Positions 15,642 through 17,622 of a DNA stretch of 17,622 bases are shown here, piece after piece. Both the position numbers and the translations under genes were made by a program. Under the pieces are notes generated by a model. That model made no database searches, was not told where the DNA came from, and saw only the letters and a list, made by a program, of their open reading frames with translations. The DNA is from Archangiaceae bacterium (lineage in GTDB: Bacteria > Myxococcota > Myxococcia > Myxococcales > Myxococcaceae). The stretch's first letter is position 1, and each line of letters starts with the position of its first letter. Location: positions 1 through 17,622 of the forward strand of contig JAYVCD010000350.1 of assembly GCA_043750125.1 (NCBI GenBank), read 5' to 3'.

Positions 15642-16292
15642 ATGAAATTCTTCATCGACAGCGCAGACGTGAAGGAAATCCGGGCCGCCCACGCGATGGG
15701 CTGTGTCGACGGAGTCACCACCAACCCCTCACTGCTGGCCAAGGTCGGCAGGCCCCTGGTCGAGACGATCAAAGAGATCTGCTCGATCGTCGATGGTCCG
15801 ATTTCGGCCGAGTGCGTCTCGATGACCGCCGAAGAGCTGGTGGTCGAAGGGCGGGGCCTGGCCAAGATTCACAAGAACGTGGTGGTGAAGGTCCCGATGG
15901 GCGTCGAAGGAATGAAGGCGACCAAGATTTTGACCGCCGAGGGCATCAAGACGAACGTCACGCTCGTCTTCTCGCCGAACCAGGCGCTGCTGTGCGCGAA
16001 GGCCGGCGCCACCTACGTCTCTCCGTTCGTCGGCCGGCTCGACGACATCTCTCAAGACGGCATGGAGATGGTGCGGCAGGTGCTCGAAATCTTCCGCGCG
16101 TACGACTTCAAGACCCAGGTGCTGGTGGCCAGCGTGCGCCACCCGATTCACGTGCTCAGCGCCGCGCGCATGGGCGCCCACGTGGCGACGCTTCCGCTGT
16201 CGGTGATTCAGCAGCTCGCGCAGCACCCGCTGACCGATGCTGGCATCAAGAAGTTCCTCTCCGACTGGGAAAAGGTTCCGCAGCCCAAATAG
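15642..16292 (+). CDS. tal: Small transaldolase (TalC/MipB family)
   Basis: [16 protein letters not shown], Schiff-base VVKVP and NVTLVFS. ISAE (Glu) and SPFVGR (Phe) are the transaldolase-type residues; FSA has Gln and Tyr at these positions. Confidence 0.92.
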   Translation: MKFFIDSADVKEIRAAHAMGCVDGVTTNPSLLAKVGRPLVETIKEICSIVDGPISAECVSMTAEELVVEGRGLAKIHKNVVVKVPMGVEGMKATKILTAEGIKTNVTLVFSPNQALLCAKAGATYVSPFVGRLDDISQDGMEMVRQVLEIFRAYDFKTQVLVASVRHPIHVLSAARMGAHVATLPLSVIQQLAQHPLTDAGIKKFLSDWEKVPQPK

Positions 16293-16321
16293 CCCCCGCG
16301 TCTGCTAGACGCGCGCCCGAC

Positions 16322-17461
16322 ATGAACTTCGATCTGTCGGACGAGGAAAAGGGCATTCAGGCAACGGCGCACAAGTTCTCGAAGGACATCGTTCGCCCCA
16401 AGGCGGCGCACTTCGACGAGACCTCGACGTTCCCCAAAGACATCATCAAGCAGGGCTGGGAGCTCGGCTTGATGAACATGACCATCAGCGCCGAGCTCGG
16501 CGGAGCGGGCCTGTCGCACATGGCCCAGGTGCTCGTCGCCGAAGAGCTCGCGTGGGGCTGCGCGGGCGTCGCGACGTCGATGATCGCCAACGACCTCGCG
16601 CTGCTGCCGATCATCCTGGGTGGCTCGAAGGAACAGCACGAGAAGTTCGTGAAGCCCTTCACCGAGTCGTTCAAGTTGTGCAGCTTCGCGCTCACCGAGC
16701 CGTCGGCCGGAAGTGACGTCGCCGGCGTGACGACCACCGCACGGCGCGAGGGTGATTTCTACATCGTCAACGGCCAGAAGCAGTGGATCACCAACGGCGA
16801 ATACGCCGACCAGTTCTCGCTGTTCTGCACGACGGACAAGGCCAAGCGCCACAAGGGCCTGATGTGCCTCGTCGTCGAGGGCCGCCCGAAGGGCCTCACC
16901 GTCGGCAAGCACGAGAACAAGATGGGGCAGCGCGCGTCGAACACCGTCACGCTGACGTTCGAAGACGTGAAGGTCCCGGTCGCGAACCGCATCGGGCAGG
17001 AAGGCGAGGGCTTCGCGATCGCGATGGCGACGCTCGACAACAGCCGCCCGCTGACCGCGATGTTCGCCGTCGGCATCGCCCGCGCCGCGCTCGAGCACTC
17101 AATTGAGTACGCGAAGACCCGCACCCAGTTCGGCAAGCCCATCGCCGACTTCCAGGCGATTCAGTTCATGATCGCCGACATGGCGAAGGACACCCACGCC
17201 GCCCGGCTGCTCGCCTACCAGAGCGCGTGGATGCTCGACAACGGCCAGCGCAACACGCTCGTCTCCAGCTACGGCAAGTGCTTCGCGGCCGACACGGCGA
17301 TGCGGGTCACCACCGACGCGGTCCAGGTGTTCGGCGGCTACGGCTACAGCAAGGAATACCCGGTCGAGAAGCTGATGCGTGACGCGAAGCTCATCCAGAT
17401 CTACGAGGGCACCAGCCAGGTGCAGCGGCTCGTGATGGCGCGCGAGCTGCTCAAGACCTGA
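16322..17461 (+). CDS. Acyl-CoA dehydrogenase
   Basis: MNFDLSDEE start, FALTEPSAGSD, NGQKQWITNG, KMGQRAS, QVFGGYGY and IYEGTSQVQR. Confidence 0.96.
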   Translation: MNFDLSDEEKGIQATAHKFSKDIVRPKAAHFDETSTFPKDIIKQGWELGLMNMTISAELGGAGLSHMAQVLVAEELAWGCAGVATSMIANDLALLPIILGGSKEQHEKFVKPFTESFKLCSFALTEPSAGSDVAGVTTTARREGDFYIVNGQKQWITNGEYADQFSLFCTTDKAKRHKGLMCLVVEGRPKGLTVGKHENKMGQRASNTVTLTFEDVKVPVANRIGQEGEGFAIAMATLDNSRPLTAMFAVGIARAALEHSIEYAKTRTQFGKPIADFQAIQFMIADMAKDTHAARLLAYQSAWMLDNGQRNTLVSSYGKCFAADTAMRVTTDAVQVFGGYGYSKEYPVEKLMRDAKLIQIYEGTSQVQRLVMARELLKT

Positions 17462-17472
17462 CTCATAACCGC

Positions 17473-17526
17473 TTGCTTCCGCGAACCTTGATTTGTATGT
17501 CAACGCGAGCGGACGCACTGCGTCAA
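17473..17526 (+). promoter_or_regulatory. Possible sigma70-like promoter and operator-like dyads upstream of etfB
   Basis: TTGCTT-N17-TATGTC. Dyads TTGA-N8-TCAA (17488-17503) and GACGCA-c-TGCGTC (17512-17524). Confidence 0.35.
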
Positions 17527-17548
17527 TTTCAACCCAGCAGAGGTCACC

Positions 17549-17622
17549 ATGAAGATTCTCGTCACTGCGAAGCGCGTCGAAGATCCTGAGTCGAAGATCA
17601 AAGTGAAGCCCGACGGCACCGG
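17549..17622 (+). CDS. etfB: Electron transfer flavoprotein beta subunit (3'-truncated by window)
   Basis: GAGG RBS, then MKILVTAKRVEDPESKIKVKPDGT, a typical EtfB N-terminus. It follows an acyl-CoA dehydrogenase and is not in the ORF track. Confidence 0.85.
   Translation, partial: MKILVTAKRVEDPESKIKVKPDGT

Noticed and set aside
15812-16321. 170-aa N-terminal extension of the acyl-CoA dehydrogenase
   Set aside because: It overlaps transaldolase out of frame; the family-typical start is MNFDLS at 16322.
17488-17503. FNR box
   Set aside because: The spacing is TTGA-N8-TCAA rather than the TTGAT-N4-ATCAA consensus.

Overview
GC-rich chromosomal window, most likely from a myxobacterium (Myxococcota). 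This is inferred from the membrane Ser/Thr kinase with an AgmX/PglI-like C-terminus, a Cys-rich lipoprotein and D-[AG]-G motifs in exported proteins. Most of it is housekeeping: dnaX-ybaB-recR, sucA-sucB, a KdsD/GutQ isomerase, transaldolase, acyl-CoA dehydrogenase and the start of etfB. It also holds a heme c/PHM-fold copper monooxygenase lipoprotein, an S9 peptidase, a hotdog-fold protein, osmC and a beta-barrel OMP. Three things stand out. (1) dnaX is split across two frames. A 392-aa gamma-sized ORF stops at 2974, while the Pro-rich linker and tau-like C-terminal domain continue in the +1 frame. An internal AGGAGGT and a UUU_CGC...UCC_UGA sequence sit at the junction, so this is a candidate programmed +1 frameshift needed to make tau. 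(2) recR appears to start at CTG, in a CTGA overlap with the ybaB stop. (3) A ~1 kb osmC islet is bounded by 87-bp direct repeats that duplicate the 3' ends of two convergent genes, and it contains gene remnants and a 46-bp palindrome. All family assignments come from recognising motifs by eye; no searches were run.
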